A stretch of 64,000 nucleotides of DNA, from assembly GCA_017472365.1 (NCBI GenBank), contig JAFUQN010000158.1:1659-65658 (forward strand), in the 5' to 3' direction. A program made the position numbers and the translations under genes. The first letter of the stretch is position 1; every line of letters begins with the position of its first letter. Of the stretch, positions 55,322 to 64,000 are shown piece by piece. The stretch is from Bacillota bacterium (GTDB lineage Bacteria; Bacillota; Clostridia; Peptostreptococcales; Anaerovoracaceae). The notes beneath the pieces were generated by a model that worked only from the letters and a program-made list of their open reading frames with translations, was not told the origin of the DNA and made no database searches.

Positions 55322-58300
55322 ATGAGATTAGGAATCGATATTGGATCTACTACAATTAAACTGGCCCTGATGGATGAGCAGGGGGCACTGATATACAAAA
55401 AATACGAGCGTCACATGTCCGATGTGAACGGAAAAATCAGAGAAATGCTGATGGAATTTGACCGTCATTTCCATGGAGAGTTTCAGGTGACAATGACCGG
55501 CTCGGGAGGCCTTTCCCTGGCGAAGAGTTTGGGGATTCCTTTTGAGCAGGAAGTGATCGCTTGTTCTGCGGCCGTCAGAAAGCTGATTCCCCAGACCGAC
55601 GTATTGATTGAACTGGGCGGTGAGGACGCTAAAATTACGTTTTATGAAGGAACCGTCGAACAGAGAATGAACGGGACTTGTGCCGGAGGAACGGGTGCAT
55701 TCATCGATCAGATGGCACTGCTCCTTGATACCGATGCAACCGGACTGAATGAATACGCAAAAAAGAGCACCACAATTTATCCGATCGCTGCCAGATGCGG
55801 AGTGTTTGCTAAAACGGATATCCAGCCGTTAATCAACGAGGGAACGCCGAAAGAGGATTTGGCGGCTTCCATTTTCCAGGCGGTGGTCAATCAGACTATC
55901 AGCGGGCTGGCCTGCGGTCGTTTGATCCGCGGAAACGTGGCATTTTTAGGTGGACCTTTGTCCTTCCTGTCGGAATTACGATACCGCTTTACAGAGACAC
56001 TGAAGCTGACACCGGAGCAGGTGGTGTTCCCGGAAGATGCACAATATTACGTGGCAATGGGCGCTGCGATCCTGGCTGAAAAAGCAGAGCCGGTCAGTGT
56101 ATTTTCCCTGTTGAGACGGCTGAAAGACCGGAAGGAGGATGGGGAACGCGACCTGCCGCTTCCGGCACTGTTTCAATCTGAAGAAGATCGTGAGGAGTTT
56201 TGTACACGCCATGCGAAGAATCGTGTTAAACGCGCTGATTTGATGGCGGCCAGAGGGCCGGCTTTCCTGGGAATCGATGCAGGATCCACCACAACAAAGG
56301 CAACGCTGATCGATAAAGAAGGAAATTTACTATATACATATTATAAAGGTAATAACGGAAATCCTGTGGAAACCGGCCGTCAGATGCTTCGGGAACTGTA
56401 CGGGATGATGCCGGAAGGATTGTATATCGCAAAAGCCGTAACCACAGGTTACGGAGAAGAACTGATGAAGACGGCGTTCCATGCCGATCTGGGAGAAATC
56501 GAGACTGTGGCTCATTATACGGCGGCCAAGGCATTTCTACCGGAGGTCGATTTCATTCTGGATATCGGCGGTCAGGATATGAAGTGCATCCGCATCAAGG
56601 ACGGAGCTGTCAGTTCCATCATGCTGAATGAAGCCTGTTCTTCCGGATGCGGTTCGTTCCTCGAAACATACGCCCGTTCGGTGGGACTGACCGTGCAGGA
56701 ATTTGCCGCTCAGGCTCTGTTGGCGGATCATCCGGTTGACCTGGGAACCCGCTGTACCGTTTTCATGAATTCCCGTGTCAAGCAGGCACAGAAAGAGGGG
56801 GCACCTGTTTCGGATATCGCCGCAGGACTCTGCAATTCCGTGATCCGAAATGCATTGTATAAGGTGATTCGTCTGAGAGATGCCAGCGAGGCCGGCGATC
56901 ATATTGTCGTTCAGGGCGGAACATTTCTGAATGATGCGGTACTTCGCAGTATGGAACTTCTGTTGGATCGGCATGTAATTCGTCCGGATATCGCCGGTGG
57001 AATGGGTGCGTACGGGGCAGCTCTCATCGGTCGCGACCGATGGATGGATGAAGGAGGGAACTCTGCGCTTCTCGGTCCGGAAGAGCTGGAGGCGTTCTCC
57101 ATGGAAACCAGTCACGGCCGCTGCGGCGGTTGTGAAAACCGTTGTCAGCTGACCATCAGCCGTTTTTCTGACGGGAGACGATTGATTACCGGAAACCGAT
57201 GTGAGCGGGGAGCCGGGAAGGTCCGCGCTGAAAGCGCGGCCGCGGAAGATTGGAATCTCTTCCAGTTTAAATATAAGAGGCTGTTTGACTATTATCAGCC
57301 GTTGAACGATAGGGAAGCTTATCGCGGAACGATTGGGATTCCGCGTGTTCTGAATATGCATGAAGATTATCCCTTCTGGTTCCGCTTCTTTACAAAGCTG
57401 GGATTCCGCGTAATCGTATCGCCGCCATCCAACAAGCAGATGTACAGTCAGGGGATGGATACGATTTCTTCGGATACGGCGTGTTATCCGGCAAAGCTGG
57501 TTCACGGTCATATCAAGTGGCTGGTGGATCAGGGAATCAAGCACATTTTCTACCCTGCCATCGTCTTTGAAAAGAAAGAAGATGCACAGGCAGATAATCA
57601 CTATAATTGCCCTGTAGTGGGAATGTATCCGGAAGTAATCAGCGGAAATATGAGGGAGCTGTTCGAGGATAATGGAGTAAGATTCCTCCATCCGTCGCTG
57701 CCTTATCACCATGATGAACGTCTGGCAACGCGTCTTAAGGAGGAGTTGGGTCGTTTTTGGAAATTCCGCGTCATGGAAATCGAAGAAGCTGTAGCTGCGG
57801 GACGCGCAGAGGCCAGAGCTTTTCGTCATGCCATTGACCAGAAAGCAAGGGAAATTCTGGACCGGGTGGAACGTGAAGGCGGCCATGCTATTGTACTGGC
57901 CGGACGTCCTTATCATCTTGATCCGGAAATCAACCACGGGATTGATCAGGTGATCGCATCCTACGGTTTTGCAGTACTGACCGAATCTTCGGTTGCAAAA
58001 CTGTCCGGAGAACTACCGAAGCTACGAACGTTGAATCAGTGGATGTATCATTCCCGCCTGTATCGCGCGGCCCAGTTCTGCGCACAGAGAGATGATGTGG
58101 ATTTGATCCAGTTGAATTCCTTTGGATGCGGACTGGATGCGGTGACTACCGATCAGGTGGAAGAACTGCTGGAAGCGAATAATAAATTATATACAGTATT
58201 GAAAATCGACGAGGGTTCCAATCTGGGAGCGGTACGGATCCGGATTCGATCTCTGAAAGCAGCCATCGAAGAAAGAAGCCGCCGCAAAGTAACGAGACGC

Positions 58301-59791
58301 GATGCGGTACCGCTGGCGGAACGTACTGTGTATACGGAAGAAATGAAAGAAAATCGATATACCGTTTTGATTCCGCAGATGCTGCCGATCCATTTTGACC
58401 TGGTTGCTTCGGCGTTTCAGCAGGAAGGTTACAACGTGGAAGTCCTGCCGCAGGTAGATCCGGCAGCCATCGAAACGGGACTGAAATATATTCATAATGA
58501 TGCATGCTATCCGGCGATCGTTGTTCTAGGACAGATTCTCCATGCACTCAAATCCGGCCGTTACGATTTGGATCGTGTAGCTGTGATTCTTCCGCAAACG
58601 GGCGGTGGCTGCAGAGCCAGCAATTATATTGCTCTTCTGAGAAAGGCATTCAAGCAGCTTCACTGGGAACACATTCCCATCATTTCCCTGAATTATCTGG
58701 GGATGGAAAAGAATCCGGGATTTCAGATTTCTCCTAAGCTGCTTTACAGCATCGGGCTGAGTCTGATCTATGGGGATCTTCTGATGCAGCTGACCAATGC
58801 GGTTCGCCCGTACGAATTGTGCCCGGGAAGTACCCAGCTTCTGTATGAAAAGTGGCTGGAGCACGCCCGTCATAATGTTCTCAACAGAAAACGCCGTGAG
58901 TTCAAAGATAATGTCAGACATATGATCGGTGAATTTGATAATCTTCCGCTGGTGGAAGGACTAAAAAAGCCGAAGATTGGTGTTGTCGGTGAAATCCTGG
59001 TAAAATTCCATCCGGATGCCAATAATCAAATCGTGAACGTTATCGAATCGGAGGGCGGAGAAGCAGTCGTTCCCGGTGTAGTGGATTATTTCCTGTTCTG
59101 TATGAAGAATAGTGAAGTCAATCACCAGATGATGGCCGGTTCACTGAAAGCACGCCTTTTGACACGTCACATTATTGAACTGGTTTACAGCATCAGAAAG
59201 CCGGTGGACAACGCCCTGCGTCTCAGTAAGCGCTTCCACTATGCAAGTCACATCGATGAAATTGCGGCCATGGCCCGTCCGTTGATTTCTCTGGGTGCGC
59301 AGTGCGGAGAAGGATGGATGCTGGTGGGTGAAATGCGGGAGCTGATGCGAGATGGTGTGAAGAATATCGTATGTTTACAGCCCTTCGGCTGTCTTCCCAA
59401 TCATATAGTAGGAAAGGGAATGATGAAACCGCTTCGTCAGATGGATCCGGAAGCCAACATCGTGGCCATCGATTATGATCCGGGTGCCAGTCAGGTTAAT
59501 CAGCTGAATCGTATTAAGCTGATGATGGCAAACGCCGCCGGCCGTATTGAAGAAGATGCAGTACCAGTACCGCCGGCCGTAACGGAACTTAAGATCCGCG
59601 AACTAGTGGCAGCGGCAGCAATGTCCGCTGGAGCGGCTGCATCCAATAAAGCGGCAGCGGCAGCGGTTGCTGTGGCGGAAGTCAGAGCACAAATGGAATA
59701 TAAAACAATTCGCGCAAAAGAACGTGCGATGGAGAAAAAAGAGGATATGGAACACTACGTAAATATTTGCTTCTTGAAGAAATGTTGGTAG
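55322..59791 (+). CDS. Fused BCR/HAD-family protein: two BcrAD/BadFG-type ATPase (activase) modules + DUF2229-like + 2-hydroxyacyl-CoA-dehydratase-like module; PlsA-PlsR-like candidate anaerobic plasmalogen synthase
   Basis: ORF 55292..59791. I prefer the ATG at 55322 (MRLGIDIGSTTIK), 9 nt after GGGAGA. A second ATPase module starts at FLGIDAGSTTTKATLID. Cys motifs NGTCAGGTGAF, NEACSSGCGSF and HGRCGGCENRCQ. Dehydratase-like halves carry DTACYPAKL and NDACYPAIV / GGGCRASNY. The gene call is high confidence; the functional assignment is moderate. Confidence 0.85.
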   Translation: MRLGIDIGSTTIKLALMDEQGALIYKKYERHMSDVNGKIREMLMEFDRHFHGEFQVTMTGSGGLSLAKSLGIPFEQEVIACSAAVRKLIPQTDVLIELGGEDAKITFYEGTVEQRMNGTCAGGTGAFIDQMALLLDTDATGLNEYAKKSTTIYPIAARCGVFAKTDIQPLINEGTPKEDLAASIFQAVVNQTISGLACGRLIRGNVAFLGGPLSFLSELRYRFTETLKLTPEQVVFPEDAQYYVAMGAAILAEKAEPVSVFSLLRRLKDRKEDGERDLPLPALFQSEEDREEFCTRHAKNRVKRADLMAARGPAFLGIDAGSTTTKATLIDKEGNLLYTYYKGNNGNPVETGRQMLRELYGMMPEGLYIAKAVTTGYGEELMKTAFHADLGEIETVAHYTAAKAFLPEVDFILDIGGQDMKCIRIKDGAVSSIMLNEACSSGCGSFLETYARSVGLTVQEFAAQALLADHPVDLGTRCTVFMNSRVKQAQKEGAPVSDIAAGLCNSVIRNALYKVIRLRDASEAGDHIVVQGGTFLNDAVLRSMELLLDRHVIRPDIAGGMGAYGAALIGRDRWMDEGGNSALLGPEELEAFSMETSHGRCGGCENRCQLTISRFSDGRRLITGNRCERGAGKVRAESAAAEDWNLFQFKYKRLFDYYQPLNDREAYRGTIGIPRVLNMHEDYPFWFRFFTKLGFRVIVSPPSNKQMYSQGMDTISSDTACYPAKLVHGHIKWLVDQGIKHIFYPAIVFEKKEDAQADNHYNCPVVGMYPEVISGNMRELFEDNGVRFLHPSLPYHHDERLATRLKEELGRFWKFRVMEIEEAVAAGRAEARAFRHAIDQKAREILDRVEREGGHAIVLAGRPYHLDPEINHGIDQVIASYGFAVLTESSVAKLSGELPKLRTLNQWMYHSRLYRAAQFCAQRDDVDLIQLNSFGCGLDAVTTDQVEELLEANNKLYTVLKIDEGSNLGAVRIRIRSLKAAIEERSRRKVTRRDAVPLAERTVYTEEMKENRYTVLIPQMLPIHFDLVASAFQQEGYNVEVLPQVDPAAIETGLKYIHNDACYPAIVVLGQILHALKSGRYDLDRVAVILPQTGGGCRASNYIALLRKAFKQLHWEHIPIISLNYLGMEKNPGFQISPKLLYSIGLSLIYGDLLMQLTNAVRPYELCPGSTQLLYEKWLEHARHNVLNRKRREFKDNVRHMIGEFDNLPLVEGLKKPKIGVVGEILVKFHPDANNQIVNVIESEGGEAVVPGVVDYFLFCMKNSEVNHQMMAGSLKARLLTRHIIELVYSIRKPVDNALRLSKRFHYASHIDEIAAMARPLISLGAQCGEGWMLVGEMRELMRDGVKNIVCLQPFGCLPNHIVGKGMMKPLRQMDPEANIVAIDYDPGASQVNQLNRIKLMMANAAGRIEEDAVPVPPAVTELKIRELVAAAAMSAGAAASNKAAAAAVAVAEVRAQMEYKTIRAKERAMEKKEDMEHYVNICFLKKCW

Positions 59792-59823
59792 TGTAGCAGG
59801 GAAAAGTTATAACAGGGGAAAAC

Positions 59824-61014
59824 ATGAAAGTATTGATAGCGACCGACTGGTTTTTACCGTCATTGAACGGAGTCGTCATTTCGGTTCTGAATCTTCGAAG
59901 CCAGTTGGAACGACGGGGACATGAGGTCATCATCCTGACCTTGTCCCAGGACAAACAATCTCATAAGAGGGATGGAGTATGGTCTGTGGCGGCGTACAGT
60001 GCAGGCCGGTTTTATCCGGAGGCAAGATTTTCGTTTCATTCCGGTGATTTCATCATCGATGAACTGATCGACTGGAAACCGGATGTGATCCATACCCAGT
60101 GCGAGATGAGTACCTTCCGTTTTGCGAAGAAAATTGCGAAGGCAACGGGAGCTCCCATCGTCCATACGTATCATACAGTATACGAGTATTATGTTCACTA
60201 TTTGCATCTGGGACCGAGGCTCGGGAAAAAGTTCGTATCAGCCGTATCCAAAAAAATTTTGGATTCCACGGATCAGGTCATTGTACCGACGGTGAAGACG
60301 AAGCGGCTCCTGGAAGGGTATCGTGTTCGTCAGCCCATGCACATTGTGCCCACAGGGATCGATTTGAAACGGTTTGAGGCTGTTCCTGAGCCGGACCAAT
60401 TAAGACGCCTCAGAGAAAACTACAGGCTTTCGGATGGTGAAATCGTATTGATGACGGCCGGACGGCTGGCAAAGGAGAAAAACACCGAAGAACTGATCGA
60501 AACGCTGTATCGTTCGTATGGGAAAAGGCGGGAGAACATTCCGGAGGGCGTATCGGGCATTACTTTGATGGTGGTTGGCGGCGGCCCTTACGGTGAAGTC
60601 CTGAAGAAAAGAAAGGAAGAATGTGAAGCCGCCTATGGCGGAGAGTATTGCCGTGTGATTTTTACCGGGGAGATCCAACAGGAAGAGATGCCGCTGTACT
60701 ATCATCTGGCAGATTGTTACGTCAATGCTTCGATCAGTGAAACGCAGGGATTGACGTATATCGAAGCAATGGCCTGTGGTTTGCCGGCCGTTTGCCGGAG
60801 AGACGAATGTTTGGAAGGATTGATCCGCGACGGAGAAAATGGATATCTGTTCGAAGACAGAGAAGGCTTTTTGAAAGCACTGCAGAAAGTATTCATATCC
60901 CAGGAGGAATATGAACGACTGAGTACAGGAGCAAAGAGAAGCGTGGAAGTCTATACGATGGAGAAGTTCTGTGAGAACGTGGAACAGGTGTATCTGCGTG
61001 CAATTGCACAATAA
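59824..61014 (+). CDS. Glycosyltransferase family 4 (diacylglycerol glycosyltransferase-like)
   Basis: 396 aa. N-terminus MKVLIATDWFLPSLNGVVISV and the C-terminal E-x7-E region (SETQGLTYIEAMACGLP) are typical of GT4 lipid/monoglucosyl-DAG synthases. Lies 32 nt after the preceding gene. Confidence 0.85.
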   Translation: MKVLIATDWFLPSLNGVVISVLNLRSQLERRGHEVIILTLSQDKQSHKRDGVWSVAAYSAGRFYPEARFSFHSGDFIIDELIDWKPDVIHTQCEMSTFRFAKKIAKATGAPIVHTYHTVYEYYVHYLHLGPRLGKKFVSAVSKKILDSTDQVIVPTVKTKRLLEGYRVRQPMHIVPTGIDLKRFEAVPEPDQLRRLRENYRLSDGEIVLMTAGRLAKEKNTEELIETLYRSYGKRRENIPEGVSGITLMVVGGGPYGEVLKKRKEECEAAYGGEYCRVIFTGEIQQEEMPLYYHLADCYVNASISETQGLTYIEAMACGLPAVCRRDECLEGLIRDGENGYLFEDREGFLKALQKVFISQEEYERLSTGAKRSVEVYTMEKFCENVEQVYLRAIAQ

Positions 61015-61030
61015 TGAAGAAATATATTAG

Positions 61031-61066
61031 AAAACGGTGCATTTTCAACGATTTGTGCCGTTTTTT
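61031..61066 (+). terminator. Terminator after the GT4 gene
   Basis: acggtgca / tgtgccgt stem (two G-U pairs) followed by tttttt. Confidence 0.6.
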
Positions 61067-61145
61067 GTATTTCCTTAACAAAAGATTTATGTTATAATAA
61101 ACATTCAATGTGCAATCAATTATAAATAATATAAGGAGAGTAATT

Positions 61146-62675
61146 ATGTCTAGTGCACAAATTGCAATTATGGCGACAATCATCGCGTACCTGTGCTTTG
61201 TCATTATCACAGGGATCTTGATCGGTCGCCGTTCGAAAAAGAGTTCGGAAGGGTTCTACCTGGGTGGACGTGGAATGGGTCCGCTGGTAACCGCGATGAG
61301 TGCGGAAGCTTCTGACATGAGTTCCTGGCTTCTGATGGGTCTTCCCGGTGTTGCATACCTCAGCGGTGTGGCTGACGCCAGCTGGACTGCCATCGGTCTG
61401 GCCTTCGGTACCTATCTGAATTTCCTGCTGGTGGCAAAGCGTCTGCGCCGCTACAGCGTTCAGATCGATGCCATCACCATCCCGTCCTTCATTTCCAAGC
61501 GTTACGGAGAAAAGAAGCCGGTCATCATGTGCATCGCTTCTCTGGCGATCCTGATTTTCTTCGTACCGTACGTTGCTTCTGGTCTGGCTGCCATTGGTAA
61601 GCTGTTCAACAGCTTATTCGGCTGGGATTATATGATGGCTGTGATCATCGGTACCATCGTAATCATCAGCTATACTTCCGTGGGTGGTTTCAGCGCTGTA
61701 GCTACCATGGACCTGATCCAGTCCATTATCATGAGTATCGCACTGATCGTGATCACCGTCTTCGGGATCAATCAGGCTGGCGGTCTGGATATCGTTGTTG
61801 AAAATGCAAAGGCACTTCCCGGCTATCTGAGCTTCACCGAAATCCACGATGTAGCTTCCGGAACAGCGAAGCCTTACGGTATCATGAGTATCGCTTCCAT
61901 GATGGCCTGGGGTCTGGGTTACTTCGGGATGCCTCATATTCTGGTTCGCTTTATGGCGATCCGCGATGAAAAGGAACTGGATCTGTCCCGTCGTATTGCA
62001 TCCGTATGGGTTGTGATTTCCATGACCGTAGCTGTATGTATCGGTATGATCGGTTACAGTGTTTCCAAGGCTGGTGCGATCCCCCTTCTGGAAGGAAGCG
62101 CTTCCGAAACAATCATTGTCCAGATCTCCAACCTGATGTCCAGCTTCGGCATCTTCCCGGCAGTTGTAGCCGGTTTCATTCTGGCAGGTATTCTGGCAGC
62201 AACCATGTCCACCGCGGATTCTCAGCTTCTGGCTGCATCCTCCGCGTTCTCTGAAAACCTGTTACAGGACGTGTTCGGAATCAAACTGACTGCGAAGCAG
62301 ACCATGCTGGTAGCACGTCTGACCGTTATCTGTATCGCCGTGATCGCTGTTTTCCTGGCACGTGACCCCAACAGCAGCGTGTTCCAGATCGTATCCTTCG
62401 CATGGGCAGGCTTCGGTGCATCCTTCGGACCGGCAATGCTGTGCGCTCTGTTCTGGAAGCGTTCCAACCGTCAGGGTATTTTAGCAGGTATGATTGCCGG
62501 TGCACTGATGGTATTCATTTGGAAGTTCATGATCCGTCCCATGGGCGGAGTTCTGGGAATCTACGAACTGCTGCCGGCATTCGTGTTCGGCCTGATCGTG
62601 ATCGTTGTCGTATCTTTGGCAACCCCCGAACCGGAAAAGGAAATCCTGGATGGATTTGACCACTATAATAAGTAA
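61146..62675 (+). CDS. putP: Sodium:proline symporter (SSF family)
   Basis: Start trimmed from 61110 to the ATG at 61146 behind AAGGAGAG. FYLGGRGMGPLVTAMSAEASDMSSWLLMGLPG is a PutP hallmark. About 13 TM segments. Confidence 0.9.
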   Translation: MSSAQIAIMATIIAYLCFVIITGILIGRRSKKSSEGFYLGGRGMGPLVTAMSAEASDMSSWLLMGLPGVAYLSGVADASWTAIGLAFGTYLNFLLVAKRLRRYSVQIDAITIPSFISKRYGEKKPVIMCIASLAILIFFVPYVASGLAAIGKLFNSLFGWDYMMAVIIGTIVIISYTSVGGFSAVATMDLIQSIIMSIALIVITVFGINQAGGLDIVVENAKALPGYLSFTEIHDVASGTAKPYGIMSIASMMAWGLGYFGMPHILVRFMAIRDEKELDLSRRIASVWVVISMTVAVCIGMIGYSVSKAGAIPLLEGSASETIIVQISNLMSSFGIFPAVVAGFILAGILAATMSTADSQLLAASSAFSENLLQDVFGIKLTAKQTMLVARLTVICIAVIAVFLARDPNSSVFQIVSFAWAGFGASFGPAMLCALFWKRSNRQGILAGMIAGALMVFIWKFMIRPMGGVLGIYELLPAFVFGLIVIVVVSLATPEPEKEILDGFDHYNK

Positions 62676-62684
62676 ATAAAAAAG

Positions 62685-62718
62685 AAAGATTGAGCTCTTC
62701 GGAACTCAATCTTTTTTT
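62685..62718. terminator. Bidirectional terminator (putP / HAD hydrolase)
   Basis: aaagattgag / ctcaatcttt stem, 10-nt loop, A run before and T run after. Confidence 0.85.
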
Positions 62719-62733
62719 ATGCGTATGTTTTCG

Positions 62734-63444
62734 TCAGCCGATGGCTTTTAATACATCGTAGAAGCTGCGGAACTGGTACTGGGATTTTTGATCAATCTGC
62801 GCACGATCTTTATCGGAATATTGGTCGTAAATGGCAACCACATCGATTCCGGCGGCGTTGGCGGCTTCCACGCCCACTAGAGAATCTTCAAAAACGATAC
62901 AGTCCTCGGGACGAAGACCGTACTTTGCCAGGATCATGTGATATATTTCCGGATTCGGTTTCGTTTCTTTCACATCTTCCTGGGTGTAAAATCCATCGAA
63001 ATATTCGTCAATGGGAGCTTTTTTCATGATGTTTTCATTTTCTGTACGGTAAATCGTCATGTTCATGCGTTTGGTGGTGCTGGCGATGATTATGGGATAG
63101 CCGCGATGTTTCAATTCTTTCAGGAGTTCGGGAACGCCAGGCTTATAATCGATGCGTGTCCGGAGATGACGTTGTGCAATTTCGTAGCGCAGGGCGATCA
63201 CAGCGAAAGCGTCTTCCTTCAGACCGTGTTCTTTGGCCAGGAATTCGCCGTAGCGCTTATAGGGGTCAGGGTCCTGACGATAGCGGCGCAAGGCACTGTC
63301 GCGGTTTTTCTGAACTTCAGCCGGATCGTGATCACGGCCGGTCAGCTGACGAAGTAAATCACAATCTACATCGTTCCAAATTCCGATGGAATCGATCAGT
63401 GTTCCATCCATATCGAAGATAATCAGTTTTTTATGTTGAAGCAT
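62734..63444 (-). CDS. HAD-superfamily hydrolase (subfamily IA, beta-phosphoglucomutase/phosphatase-like)
   Basis: LIIFDMDGTLIDS motif I, STTKR-like motif II, VFEDSLVGVEAANAAG motif III/IV. AGGAGGA RBS. Confidence 0.88.
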   Translation of the reverse strand: MLQHKKLIIFDMDGTLIDSIGIWNDVDCDLLRQLTGRDHDPAEVQKNRDSALRRYRQDPDPYKRYGEFLAKEHGLKEDAFAVIALRYEIAQRHLRTRIDYKPGVPELLKELKHRGYPIIIASTTKRMNMTIYRTENENIMKKAPIDEYFDGFYTQEDVKETKPNPEIYHMILAKYGLRPEDCIVFEDSLVGVEAANAAGIDVVAIYDQYSDKDRAQIDQKSQYQFRSFYDVLKAIG

Positions 63445-63532
63445 GTGTTCCTCCTGAAGTATCGTAATAGTTGCATCTTACTATATCGCAGCGGAAAATG
63501 CAAGGCGCAGGCGGAGAATGGCCGGGCAACGC

Positions 63533-63561
63533 TTGAAATATCAACGATGCTGTGGTAGGAT
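63533..63561 (+). promoter_or_regulatory. Candidate miaB promoter with extended -10
   Basis: TTGAAA (63533-38), a 17-nt spacer ending in TGg, then TAGGAT (63556-61). Confidence 0.5.
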
Positions 63562-63579
63562 AGATAGCGGTGGCGTAAC

Positions 63580-63612
63580 CCGCGCCGGAGGCGCGGATTG
63601 CCGCAGAATCGA
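63580..63612 (+). repeat. GC-rich hairpin + TTGCC..AGAA.CGA.AGG leader module (copy 2, miaB leader)
   Basis: ccgcgcc-gga-ggcgcgg then attgccgcagaatcgaaagg. Resembles 43641-43676. Confidence 0.35.
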
Positions 63613-63637
63613 AAGGAACCACAGGAGAGAGAAATTC

Positions 63638-64000
63638 ATGGATAATCAGAAAAATTTTTATATACAGACATTCGGCTGTCAGATGAACGAACACGATTCG
63701 GAAACGCTGGCAGGAATGTTGACGGAGCTGGGATATACGCAGATCTTTGACGAAAAAGATGCGCAGCTGGTGATTCTGAACACCTGCAGTGTCAGAGAAA
63801 ATGCGGATCAGCGCTTTTTCGGAACGCTGGGCCAGCTGAAAAAGCTGAAGGAAAAGAAGCCGGGATTTACGGTGGCTGTCTGCGGATGTATGATGCAGCA
63901 GCAGCACATCATCGATACGCTGAAAGCGAAGTACCCCTGGGTGGATCTGGTCTTCGGAACGCACAATATCCACGAGTTTCCGAAGCTGATCGATAACGTT
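63638..64000 (+). CDS. miaB: tRNA-2-methylthio-N6-dimethylallyladenosine synthase MiaB, N-terminal part (3' end outside window)
   Basis: Not in the ORF track because no stop lies inside the window. My own translation from the ATG at 63638 gives MDNQKNFYIQTFGCQMNEHDSETLAGML...LNTCSVRENADQRFF...AVCGCMMQ, the UPF0004/MTTase N-terminal three-Cys domain. Confidence 0.8.
   Translation, partial: MDNQKNFYIQTFGCQMNEHDSETLAGMLTELGYTQIFDEKDAQLVILNTCSVRENADQRFFGTLGQLKKLKEKKPGFTVAVCGCMMQQQHIIDTLKAKYPWVDLVFGTHNIHEFPKLIDNV

Noticed and set aside
56537-57937. 466-aa ORF antisense to the fused activase/dehydratase gene
   Set aside because: Shadow ORF inside a roughly 1490-codon gene that has clear domain motifs on the plus strand.
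63431-63973. 180-aa minus-strand ORF at the right edge
   Set aside because: It is antisense to the plus-strand reading frame that translates into a textbook MiaB N-terminal domain. The plus-strand gene is missing from the ORF track only because its stop lies outside the window.

Overview
This window reads as a core-chromosome segment of an anaerobic Bacillota (Clostridia-like) genome. The evidence is strong AGGAGG-type ribosome-binding sites, many rho-independent terminators, and a gene set that includes sigma-54, a membrane pyrophosphatase and a BCR/HAD-type lipid enzyme. I call about 55 protein-coding genes. By eye I found no rRNA, tRNA, CRISPR array, transposase, integrase or recognisable defence gene. 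Gene content in order: an Opp/Dpp-type peptide ABC transporter (5' end cut by the window edge), an SGNH hydrolase, coaBC, and a YozG-like HTH / DUF2975 / large polytopic membrane protein operon. Then come patB/malY, a GNAT, ilvA, a stand-alone gap, nth, and an MFP-RND-TetR efflux operon. Next are a DEAD-box helicase, a lipoprotein metallophosphoesterase, a SEC-C protein, hom, trmL, rpoN directly ahead of pgk-tpiA-eno, secG and hppA. Then a WG-repeat protein, a five-gene Liv-type branched-chain amino-acid ABC operon, DUF3267, and a PadR module with two tandem DUF2812 paralogs plus a small lipoprotein. Then rnr, an MBL hydrolase, der-plsY-gpsA, a CPA2 antiporter, a gamma-carbonic-anhydrase-like protein and a UvrD-family helicase. 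The window ends with vanY, a roughly 1490-aa fused activase/dehydratase protein (PlsA-PlsR-like) with a GT4 glycosyltransferase, putP, a HAD hydrolase and the 5' part of miaB. Several start codons were moved relative to the ORF track on the basis of RBS position. No clear-cut novel multi-gene system is evident. Five items seem most worth following up. (1) The fused PlsA/PlsR-like candidate plasmalogen synthase plus GT4 locus. (2) An orphan consensus promoter driving a roughly 110-nt structured RNA that ends in a terminator, upstream of the liv operon. (3) A long structured leader with a 30-codon upstream ORF ahead of the cation/proton antiporter. (4) A GC-rich hairpin module shared by the leaders of two unrelated genes. 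(5) Well-defined operator architectures for the PadR, TetR and YozG-type modules, whose membrane partners have no known function. All functional calls rest on my reading of the translated sequences and remembered family signatures. No database search was run.
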